Part shown: piece by piece, positions 9,291 through 16,009 of the stretch | Layout: every line of letters begins with the position of its first letter | How positions within the stretch are numbered: the stretch's first letter is position 1 | Virus record (IMG/VR): IMGVR_UViG_3300034101_004588 | Coordinates: 146,957 to 210,956 of that record | DNA length: 64,000 nucleotides | Reading direction: 5' to 3' (one strand) | The notes under the pieces: model-generated | What the model was told of the DNA's origin: nothing | The model's database searches: none | The model's input: only the letters and a program-made list of their open reading frames with translations | Translations under genes and position numbers: made by a program

Positions 9291-10429
9291 TGAATTTAAA
9301 AGAAACAATATTAGAAGCTATTGATACTGGAGACTATCCAGATTTTATAAATCCGTCAAGAAAAGAGGCCATAGCTTCTGGGCAAGAAGAAATTACCGGA
9401 GTATTGCCGGACATAGGAGGTTCTGCTGCATCTTATTTAGAAATTATTACTTCTAAAAATTATAATAAACTAATGCAAAGATTAGAATATTACTCAGGTG
9501 TATCAGCAAAAAATCAATCTTTACCTTCTTTGATATCTCAACTATTTACTGGTGTCCAAAAAATACAAAGATTAGAAAACAAAAACAAAAAATTTTTAGA
9601 ATCTTTATCTTTAGATTTAATATTATCTTTACCAGAATTTAAACAAATAAAAGAATTGCATGATTCTGGAGATTTATTATTCGATGTGCAATTAGGACCT
9701 GCTGAGTTGCAAAATGTTATAACCCAAGCAGAAAAAGAAGCAGAAGAAAAAAATGCGGAAGCTCCAGAAGAAAATGAATTAAACGAAGGAGAATCTGAAG
9801 AAATGGCTTTGATTAAAGAATTGCAATCAGAAGAAAAAGCAGAAACAATTTTACGTAGAAGATTAGCCAATACTATTATGCAAGGTATAGCTACTCATGG
9901 TTTATTTTTGTTTAATTTAGTAGAAGATAAACTTAATGAGTTAGATAAAAATTTAATACCTTTATATGGTATGGTATCAGTATTAACTCAATTAGGATAT
10001 TTTGCGGTTCCTGCTAATTTAAATTTAGGGGGCATGAGCCAAGATGCTCAAGCTGGTAGTGAAGAAGTTATAGAAAATGAAGGAACCTATACTATAAAAG
10101 CTAGGGGATTGACATTTCCATTTTTAGTTCATGAAATTGTAAAAGGGATTTATGAATATATGGCTTTAGAAGGAGCAACTCCTAATGATACTTTAGAAGC
10201 TGAGATACCAGATATTATATATGGTCCGGAATTTTATAATTTATTAACCCAATTTATACCAGATGACAAAAGAGAATTAATACCGTTAGTGTATAAAAAG
10301 TTTTTAGAAATTGATTTAGACGAAATCAAAGAAGTCTTAGCTGGTGGAGGTAAAGCCAAAGCTATTATAGATAGATTAGTAAATCTTGCAGATGAAGAAA
10401 TGCAAGATTATGAAAAATACGAAGACTAA
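9290..10429 (+). CDS. hypothetical acidic protein (possibly virion-associated)
   Basis: 379-aa ORF; N-terminus MNLKETILE. Confidence 0.85.
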   Translation: MNLKETILEAIDTGDYPDFINPSRKEAIASGQEEITGVLPDIGGSAASYLEIITSKNYNKLMQRLEYYSGVSAKNQSLPSLISQLFTGVQKIQRLENKNKKFLESLSLDLILSLPEFKQIKELHDSGDLLFDVQLGPAELQNVITQAEKEAEEKNAEAPEENELNEGESEEMALIKELQSEEKAETILRRRLANTIMQGIATHGLFLFNLVEDKLNELDKNLIPLYGMVSVLTQLGYFAVPANLNLGGMSQDAQAGSEEVIENEGTYTIKARGLTFPFLVHEIVKGIYEYMALEGATPNDTLEAEIPDIIYGPEFYNLLTQFIPDDKRELIPLVYKKFLEIDLDEIKEVLAGGGKAKAIIDRLVNLADEEMQDYEKYED

Positions 10430-10824
10430 ATTTTAGGTATAAATTTAGCTGTTGTATTAAAATTTTCTTGTCCTTGATCTACTAAAAGAACGTCAATACC
10501 TGCCATTATACAAAGAGTACAAACTTCAACGCTGTCATCAAGATGAAGTTTGCTGTTAAGTTTTTTAATAAAAGGAATTTTATTTTTACCTTCTGTGCAA
10601 ACAATAGATTTTATTGGAACTTCATACAATCTACAAAAACCTTCTACCTCTTTTTTATTATTCCAATTTCTAAACGTAACTATATGAATCTCATATCCTT
10701 TTTTGTGTTGGTCTTTTACAAAATCTATAATCCGTTGAATTGGTTTAAGAGTTGAGCCTCCCCAAGCAGTTGGTAATGTTTCCGCTAAACATTCATCAAA
10801 ATCAACTGTTATTATTTTATTCAT
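10426..10824 (-). CDS. HAD-superfamily phosphatase-like protein
   Basis: TVDFDECLA motif I, IVT motif II, K, LDD motif IV; ATG at 10824 avoids the tRNA. Confidence 0.75.
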   Translation of the reverse strand: MNKIITVDFDECLAETLPTAWGGSTLKPIQRIIDFVKDQHKKGYEIHIVTFRNWNNKKEVEGFCRLYEVPIKSIVCTEGKNKIPFIKKLNSKLHLDDSVEVCTLCIMAGIDVLLVDQGQENFNTTAKFIPKI

Positions 10825-10831
10825 AATAAAA

Positions 10832-10905
10832 TGGTAGGGAATGACGGTTACGCTCCGCCGACCCATGAGTGTAAATCACGTGTTTTACTATTAAACTAAT
10901 TCCCC
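10832..10905 (-). tRNA. tRNA-Val(UAC), atypical T loop
   Basis: CGTGA-TTTACAC-TCATG; T loop AGCGTAA; encoded CCA. Confidence 0.85.
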
Positions 10906-10907
10906 AA

Positions 10908-11171
10908 TTATCTTTTATACTTAAACCAAGCATACACTAAAATTGTGCACATAATAAGCCCAACACAATAATTTAAAAACCACCAAAGCCCAAAAGTTCC
11001 TAAAAACATATAAACCATCCCAGAAATATAACCTCCAATAGACATAAGAATAAGAGTTAAAGAAACGTCTCGGGAAGATTTGTTTTGAAATATTTTAACA
11101 ATTTGCGGAATGTAACAAAACATAAAACACAGAGTCATTACAATTCCTGCAATTTCTTTTACTATTTCCAT
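10908..11171 (-). CDS. PQ-loop / SemiSWEET-like membrane protein
   Basis: 87 aa, three hydrophobic helices, YIPQIVKIFQNKSSRDVSL. Confidence 0.85.
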   Translation of the reverse strand: MEIVKEIAGIVMTLCFMFCYIPQIVKIFQNKSSRDVSLTLILMSIGGYISGMVYMFLGTFGLWWFLNYCVGLIMCTILVYAWFKYKR

Positions 11172-11241
11172 TCAAGCATTATAGGTCTAACAGGCAAAGA
11201 ATGCAACAACAAAATAGCTTTTATAAACTAAATATATAAGA

Positions 11242-12006
11242 ATGTTAAGTCATCATTTAGTAAGAATTTATTCTAATTTATTGCAAGAAGGATATTACGA
11301 AAATCAATTAAATCCAAAGTTTTGGAGTCCACAAGGAATTTTTGATAGAAGTATAAGAGAAAAGCTGTTATCAATAGCTCATGAATTTTACGACAATTTA
11401 AAATTAGAAACTCCGATAATAGATATACAATTGACCGGATCTCTAGCAAATTATACCTACACAGATTATTCTGATTTAGATGTTCATATAATAATAGATT
11501 TTTCTAAAATCAATAAAGACGTAGAATTGGTTAAAAAAGCTCTAGACGGTATGAGATTTGTTTGGAATTTAAGGCACAATATAACTATTAAAGAACATGA
11601 AGTAGAAATGTATTTACAAGACATAAATGAAGTTCATTTGGCTTCTGGATTGTATAGTCTTATGGAAGATAAATGGCTTAAGAAACCAGTATATAATCCG
11701 CCAGAAATAGATGAAAAGGATGTAGATTTAAAATTTGAAGAATTTGCAAAAGAGATTACGCGTTTAGAAAATGTTTTAAATTTAACAAATTTAACTCGAG
11801 AAGAAGCTAAACATTTAAGAGAAAGAGCAATACACATTAAAGATAAAATACAAAATGGAAGAAAACAATGCTTAGGTGTAGGTGTATATAATGAGTTTTG
11901 TGTCGAAAATTTAGTTTTTAAAAAATTACGCAATGCTGGTTTAATTGCTAAATTAATAGAATTATCCAGTGAAGCTTACGATAAAATATATTCTGAAAGC
12001 GTTTAA
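11242..12006 (+). CDS. Pol-beta-superfamily nucleotidyltransferase
   Basis: TGSLANYTYTDYSDLDVH (GS...DxD) and a third acidic residue in EVEMY. Confidence 0.8.
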   Translation: MLSHHLVRIYSNLLQEGYYENQLNPKFWSPQGIFDRSIREKLLSIAHEFYDNLKLETPIIDIQLTGSLANYTYTDYSDLDVHIIIDFSKINKDVELVKKALDGMRFVWNLRHNITIKEHEVEMYLQDINEVHLASGLYSLMEDKWLKKPVYNPPEIDEKDVDLKFEEFAKEITRLENVLNLTNLTREEAKHLRERAIHIKDKIQNGRKQCLGVGVYNEFCVENLVFKKLRNAGLIAKLIELSSEAYDKIYSESV

Positions 12007-12007
12007 T

Positions 12008-12080
12008 TGGATCCTCCAGGATTCGAACCTAGAATGTAACGTCCGTAGCGTTAAGTGATAGTCCATTTCACTAAGGATCC
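12008..12080 (-). tRNA. tRNA-Arg(ACG)
   Basis: TAACG-CTACGGA-CGTTA; GGTTCGAATCC. Confidence 0.92.
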
Positions 12081-12084
12081 TAAA

Positions 12085-12161
12085 TGGCGGAACCAAGGGG
12101 ACTTGAACCCCTGGCCCCCTGCGTGACAGGCAGGTGCTCTAACCAACTGAGCTATGATTCC
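12085..12161 (-). tRNA. tRNA-Asp(GUC)
   Basis: canonical cloverleaf, CCTGTCA loop, encoded CCA. Confidence 0.96.
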
Positions 12162-12165
12162 AAAA

Positions 12166-12239
12166 TGGTGCGGTGACACGGTTACGCTCCGAGGCCCGAA
12201 GTTTGGAAGACTCCTGTACTACTATTATACTACCACCGC
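12166..12239 (-). tRNA. tRNA-Gly(UCC), atypical T loop
   Basis: GGAGT-CTTCCAA-ACTTC; T loop AGCGTAA; encoded CCA. Confidence 0.85.
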
Positions 12240-12246
12240 AAAAGAT

Positions 12247-12340
12247 TTGTGCTGTTATGGGTTCTGCCCTTTACTTACGTATGGTGACCCTACCACGTAG
12301 ACCAATGCCAAGGGTTATTAGGTTCTTAACCACAGCACAA
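12247..12340 (-). ncRNA. unidentified structured RNA between tRNA-Trp and tRNA-Gly
   Basis: closed by TTGTGCTGT/ACAGCACAA, internal hairpins, no ORF. Confidence 0.4.
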
Positions 12341-12342
12341 AA

Positions 12343-12417
12343 TGGCATGTCGGGTGGGTAATGCTCCCACATAAGGCAGTTTTGGAGACTGCTGCATTGC
12401 TTGTCTGCCACCGACAT
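12343..12417 (-). tRNA. tRNA-Trp(CCA), atypical T loop
   Basis: GCAGT-CTCCAAA-ACTGC; T loop AGCATTA; G73; encoded CCA. Confidence 0.87.
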
Positions 12418-12424
12418 ATAAAAA

Positions 12425-12497
12425 TAGCGGAGGTGGGAGTTGAACCCACCTATAGATGCTTATGAGACACCCCAATTCACCGGAATTGTACTCCGCA
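12425..12497 (-). tRNA. tRNA-Met(CAU), possibly initiator
   Basis: GGTGT-CTCATAA-GCATC; T1:T72 mismatch as in initiator tRNAs. Confidence 0.85.
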
Positions 12498-12498
12498 A

Positions 12499-12705
12499 TC
12501 AAATTACAAAAACTTTACATTTACCGTCTTTAGAATAATAAGACATAGCTTCTTCATAAGAATCAAACAAAACACAACTGCCATCAGAATAAATGGCTTT
12601 AAATTTAGTTGGATTCATTTTCAAAAAATCCATTGTCATGTCAATTGCTTTTTTAATTGCTTGGTCTGATGTTTGATCTTCAAGACTATTACCACTGGTT
12701 ATCAT
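12499..12705 (-). CDS. hypothetical protein
   Basis: 68-aa ATG ORF filling a gap between tRNAs. Confidence 0.7.
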   Translation of the reverse strand: MITSGNSLEDQTSDQAIKKAIDMTMDFLKMNPTKFKAIYSDGSCVLFDSYEEAMSYYSKDGKCKVFVI

Positions 12706-12738
12706 TAAAATACTTAATGGGTCTTAGACCATTAAATG

Positions 12739-12823
12739 CGGGTGCAGAGGGAATCGAACCCCCGAGGGAATGGTTACCCCAGCTGATTTCAAGTCAGTGT
12801 CCTCGACCAACCGGACTACACCC
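12739..12823 (-). tRNA. tRNA-Ser(UGA)
   Basis: CTTGAAA loop, long variable arm, G73. Confidence 0.92.
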
Positions 12824-12826
12824 TTT

Positions 12827-13021
12827 TTAAAATTTGTTATATTCTTTAGCAGTATCTACATAACCTTCATCTATTAAATATTTTTTTAAAGATTGAAAAT
12901 CATCTCTAGATAAAGGTTTTTTAGTACGGATTTCTAAATCAAATCCTTGTCCGTAAGGTTTAATAAAAACTTCAAATTTTCTTTTTTTAAATTCTAATTT
13001 TGTGTAATATGCATTTTTCAT
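12827..13021 (-). CDS. hypothetical protein
   Basis: 64-aa ORF between tRNAs. Confidence 0.7.
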   Translation of the reverse strand: MKNAYYTKLEFKKRKFEVFIKPYGQGFDLEIRTKKPLSRDDFQSLKKYLIDEGYVDTAKEYNKF

Positions 13022-13209
13022 AAATTGTTTTTAACCCATGATATTTCTAAAGTGTATCCTAACCAGGACACACCATACTTTGCACACGATGTAAAATTGT
13101 AATAAGAAAAATTAGGTATTTTAAAAAATATTGGCCATTTCCATAAACCAAAATTATATCTGCCTAATATAAGCCAATTGAATGTTGGTAGTATTGTTTG
13201 AGTTTTCAT
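13018..13209 (-). CDS. hypothetical aromatic-rich protein
   Basis: ATG at 13209 (MKTQTIL) avoids the tRNA-Ser overlap; ATGA coupling. Confidence 0.6.
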   Translation of the reverse strand: MKTQTILPTFNWLILGRYNFGLWKWPIFFKIPNFSYYNFTSCAKYGVSWLGYTLEISWVKNNL

Positions 13210-13221
13210 AAAAATATTTAA

Positions 13222-13309
13222 CGGAGCGAGCAGGATTTGAACCTGCGGAGGATTATTAGCCCTCGAAGCTTTAGCAAAGCTTTGTTTTAAACCACTCAAC
13301 CACCGCTCC
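13222..13309 (-). tRNA. tRNA-Ser(GCU)
   Basis: AAGCT-TTGCTAA-AGCTT; long variable arm; G73. Confidence 0.93.
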
Positions 13310-13315
13310 TTAAAA

Positions 13316-13397
13316 TGCTCAATGAGGGAGTCGAACCCACACGCCTTGCGGCTACAGATCCTAAGTCTGTCGTGTCTGCCAATTTCACCAATTGAGC
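13316..13397 (-). tRNA. tRNA-Leu(UAG)
   Basis: ACAGA-CTTAGGA-TCTGT; GCC-GCAA-GGC variable arm. Confidence 0.95.
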
Positions 13398-13399
13398 TT

Positions 13400-13470
13400 T
13401 GGAGAATACCAGAGTCGAACTGGTGACACCTGAATGCAAATCAGGAGTTATACCACTTAACTAATTCCCC
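13400..13470 (-). tRNA. tRNA-Ala(UGC)
   Basis: CCTGA-TTTGCAT-TCAGG; G3:U70. Confidence 0.94.
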
Positions 13471-13579
13471 GAAAGAGTGAGACGTTTACCCGCGACGTCT
13501 CAGGATCAATCTTAACTCTTCCTAGAGAGAACCCTGGAAAAAGAATGTCGGCTCCATTTACAAGATTAACCCAATTGTT

Positions 13580-13687
13580 TTACTTTACGGTGCAAACAGT
13601 CGTCTTACCACTTGGTTTACATTCTTTTTTTGATGCACATGCGGTAAGGGTCATAATTGCCACGATTGTTAGAATAATGTATTTCAT
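13580..13687 (-). CDS. small lipoprotein (35 aa; below the ORF-track cutoff)
   Basis: MKYIILTIVAIMTLTA-CASKKECKPSGKTTVCTVK: signal peptide with lipobox LTAC. Confidence 0.75.
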   Translation of the reverse strand: MKYIILTIVAIMTLTACASKKECKPSGKTTVCTVK

Positions 13688-13730
13688 AGAATCTTTATTA
13701 TAATACTTTTATTTATAATATCAACTGTTG

Positions 13731-13803
13731 GTTGCTCGACGGGGTTCGAACCCGCTCCGACAGAATCACAATCTGTAATGCTTACCGTTACACTACAAGC
13801 AAC
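13731..13803 (-). tRNA. tRNA-His(GUG)
   Basis: ACAGA-TTGTGAT-TCTGT; encoded G-1 opposite C73. Confidence 0.93.
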
Positions 13804-13811
13804 ATTAAAAG

Positions 13812-13891
13812 TTTTGGAGCAGGACTTACTTTTGTGCACTTTCCAATTACACAAAACGCCTAATACCAGAGGGTTGGTGGTTACTCCAAAA
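13812..13891 (-). ncRNA. unidentified stem-loop RNA between tRNA-Pro and tRNA-His
   Basis: TTTTGGAG/CTCCAAAA outer stem, TTTTGTGTA/TGCACAAAA inner stem. Confidence 0.35.
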
Positions 13892-13895
13892 AATA

Positions 13896-13968
13896 TCGGG
13901 ATAGAGGGGCTCGAACTCTCAATCTCCTGCTCCCAAAGCAGGCGCCTTAACCGTTGGGCTATATCCCG
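13896..13968 (-). tRNA. tRNA-Pro(UGG)
   Basis: CCTGC-TTTGGGA-GCAGG; C1-G72, A73. Confidence 0.94.
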
Positions 13969-13974
13969 TAAAAA

Positions 13975-14088
13975 TTATTTTTTAATTAAATTTCTTTTTT
14001 TAATTTCTGTTAAAAACTCCTCAGCTAATGTATTAAAATTTATATTTAAAGCCCATTCATAATAATATAAAAGCTCTTTGTTAGTCAT
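13975..14088 (-). CDS. small hypothetical protein
   Basis: 37 aa from ATG at 14088 (MTNKELLYYYEW). Confidence 0.4.
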   Translation of the reverse strand: MTNKELLYYYEWALNINFNTLAEEFLTEIKKRNLIKK

Positions 14089-14201
14089 TTTAGATTCGTG
14101 TTTTAAAGATCTTATTATTTTTAAACCAAAAAAATTTAAAAAAATTTCCAAAAAATTCACAATTAATAATACCTTAGAAAAACTTAAAATCAAGAAAATA
14201 A

Positions 14202-14272
14202 TCCCTCCTCAAGGTACTGCCCCTTGTTCTATCGGTTATCAACCGATTGTAATGCTACTATACTAAAGAGGG
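14202..14272 (-). tRNA. tRNA-Ile(GAU), atypical T loop
   Basis: ATCGG-TTGATAA-CCGAT; CAAGG-GGCAGTA-CCTTG. Confidence 0.85.
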
Positions 14273-14625
14273 GAAGGGCGTGTTTTTGTCCCGGAAACCG
14301 AAGGCGTCCCAACTTAATGTGTACCGGTTTTGTTATCACGCTAATCACCCGATTGGTGCGCATCAACATCATTGAGAGGCGTTCCGGGTCTACTATAATA
14401 TTTAGTTAGTATTTGAAGAGTTTTGCTCCGGAAATTGTCTCTTCTTCAACGAGACCGGGCATGGAGCCCGGAATCATCCGTCTAGCCTGTATTGAATCTA
14501 ATGCATGGAGTCATAGTTTTACGCAGCCTGACTCGTCCAGCAACAGTAAGAAAGTCCCAACACACTAACAGGCAAAGACTATCTTACCTGGATCTGGTTT
14601 ATTTGCTGCTGCCAGATCCGTTATC
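14273..14625 (-). ncRNA. unidentified ~350-nt multi-helix RNA (one or two RNAs)
   Basis: GC-rich, no credible ORF, multiple helices, promoter-like TTGCAA...TAGTAT just upstream. Confidence 0.5.
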
Positions 14626-14664
14626 TTTATACTATAGCAATATTTTATATTTGCAAATAGAAAA

Positions 14665-14741
14665 TGGAGTATCGGGTCAGACTTGCACTGACTAATGAAA
14701 GTTTTGCAGACTATCGCTTCGACTACTTTAGCTTCCGATAC
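14665..14741 (-). tRNA. tRNA-Cys(GCA)
   Basis: CTGCAAA loop; U73; CCA; T loop TGCAAGT. Confidence 0.88.
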
Positions 14742-14750
14742 TTTAAAATG

Positions 14751-14821
14751 AGCCTAGTGACAGAATCGAACTGACGTCAGATGATTACAAATCAACCGTT
14801 TTACCATTAAACTAACCAGGC
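14751..14821 (-). tRNA. tRNA-Thr(UGU)
   Basis: TTTGTAA loop; GCCTGGT/ACTAGGC acceptor. Confidence 0.92.
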
Positions 14822-14827
14822 ATAAAA

Positions 14828-14898
14828 TGCGAGTACTCGGTAATGCTCCGAGGCCTAAAACTTGGCAAGCTTCCGTTCTACTATTAAACTATACCCGC
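14828..14898 (-). tRNA. tRNA-Gly(GCC), atypical T loop
   Basis: TTGCCAA loop; CTCGG-AGCATTA-CCGAG. Confidence 0.87.
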
Positions 14899-14990
14899 TT
14901 AAATTATATACACCTCTGAGTTACCTCACCCACGGAATTCACGGTGGTTGTTTTGGTGATTCAGGTTCACCTCCCATAAAACCTTTAAAA

Positions 14991-15030
14991 TTAAAAACCC
15001 GCTTTCCATTTTATTGGAATAAGCGGGTTT
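14991..15030 (-). terminator. intrinsic terminator of the putative tRNA-operon attenuator
   Basis: AAACCCGCT-TA-TTCCA-ATAAAA-TGGAA-AGCGGGTTT followed by TTAATTTT. Confidence 0.8.
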
Positions 15031-15060
15031 AGTTGACAATAAAAATGTACAAACCCGCTA
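15022..15060 (-). promoter_or_regulatory. putative antiterminator helix
   Basis: TAGCGGGTTT (15060-15051) is complementary to the terminator 5' arm AAACCCGCT (15030-15022). Confidence 0.7.
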
Positions 15061-15126
15061 GACACTCCAACAAAGTCTTCGTGGACTTGTTGAAATTGCA
15101 TTGCTGGTTGTTGTATGAATTTTCAT
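15058..15126 (-). CDS. putative attenuator leader peptide (22 aa, MKIHTTTSNAISTSPRRLCWSV)
   Basis: ATG just downstream of TTGAAA-N16-TAAATA; its TAG stop overlaps the antiterminator strand. Confidence 0.65.
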   Translation of the reverse strand: MKIHTTTSNAISTSPRRLCWSV

Positions 15127-15324
15127 TGAATGTAATATTATTTATCTTTTATATGAGAATTTCAAGCAAATTTTATATATTTTTTTAAGATATAAGATTC
15201 TTTTGATAGGTGATGTAATTTAATAATGTAATAATCTATTGTTTCTCCTATCACAATCACTATATTTCCTTTTACAAAAGGTTTTACATCTTCTATAATC
15301 AAAGCTTGTTTATATGGAAGATTT

Positions 15325-15510
15325 TTATTCATTAAAAATTTGAGATATTAAATCTATTAATCTTTTTTCATTTTTAGTAGCTATTTGTATAGCTGCTAAT
15401 TGTTTTACTGCTTTTTCTTTAGTCGGAAAGGGTTTTTTACTAAAACATTTAGAACTATTTTTTTTACAAACCTTATAACCAGAATTTATTTTACGTATAG
15501 TATATGGCAT
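15325..15510 (-). CDS. small basic hypothetical protein of large phages
   Basis: MPYTIRK...GYKVCKK...TKEKAVKQLAAIQI. Confidence 0.8.
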   Translation of the reverse strand: MPYTIRKINSGYKVCKKNSSKCFSKKPFPTKEKAVKQLAAIQIATKNEKRLIDLISQIFNE

Positions 15511-15540
15511 ATTATTATTTATAGTAAAATAGAAAGGAAG

Positions 15541-15996
15541 AGGAGATGAGGGGACTCGAACCCCTGTCCAAATACTTTACACTAAAAGGTCTACATGTTT
15601 AAGTGTCTTTAGCATTTCAGCCACCATACGGTGACGAAGACTTTAGGCTGCTTGGCGACACTAACCGAGTTTTTAGTCTGCCTATAGACATTACCGCACA
15701 TCTACAAACGGAGGATTCTTTTTGTTACGTTGATACAGTCCACAATTCAACTACCTCTGCATATCAATATAACCTTAGAGGATCTGGTTATAAGGACCTT
15801 AGGCTGCTAAGAGATACTCTTCTTCAACACCACCGAGGAACTCGGAAGCATTGTTGAAGATATACTCGGCTTCAGCCAAGATAGCATCAGTATTATCTTC
15901 TGCTTTTAGTTTTTTGATCTGCTTTTTACGAGGCCAGCTGATCAACCTCGACATGCACTCTTAGTTTCAACTATTTGTCGAAACCAGTACATCCCC
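15541..15996 (-). ncRNA. ssrA: tmRNA
   Basis: 5' GGGGATGTACTGGTTTCGAC; 3' GGACAGGGGTTCGAGTCCCCTCATCTCC; G3:U70; tag frame 15903-15799 ending LLAA-stop. Confidence 0.95.
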
Positions 15997-16009
15997 GAAT
16001 TTTCAAAGA

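Noticed and set aside
13541-13626. Apparent degenerate tRNA-Cys (AGAATGT/ACATTCT ends, GTGGTAA, TTGCA)
   Set aside because: Most of it is explained by the in-frame lipoprotein ORF 13687-13580; no T arm.
14273-14625. RNase P RNA or group I intron call
   Set aside because: Only short look-alike segments; GAGGAAAGUCC/ACAGAA cores and ordered P7 elements are missing. Kept as unidentified RNA.
12173-14695. Track ORFs 12173-12361, 13778-14062, 14078-14266, 14224-14409, 14492-14695
   Set aside because: They overlap tRNAs or structured RNA, mostly with TTG/GTG starts and non-protein-like composition.
15603-15857. 84-aa plus-strand ORF
   Set aside because: Antisense shadow of the tmRNA.
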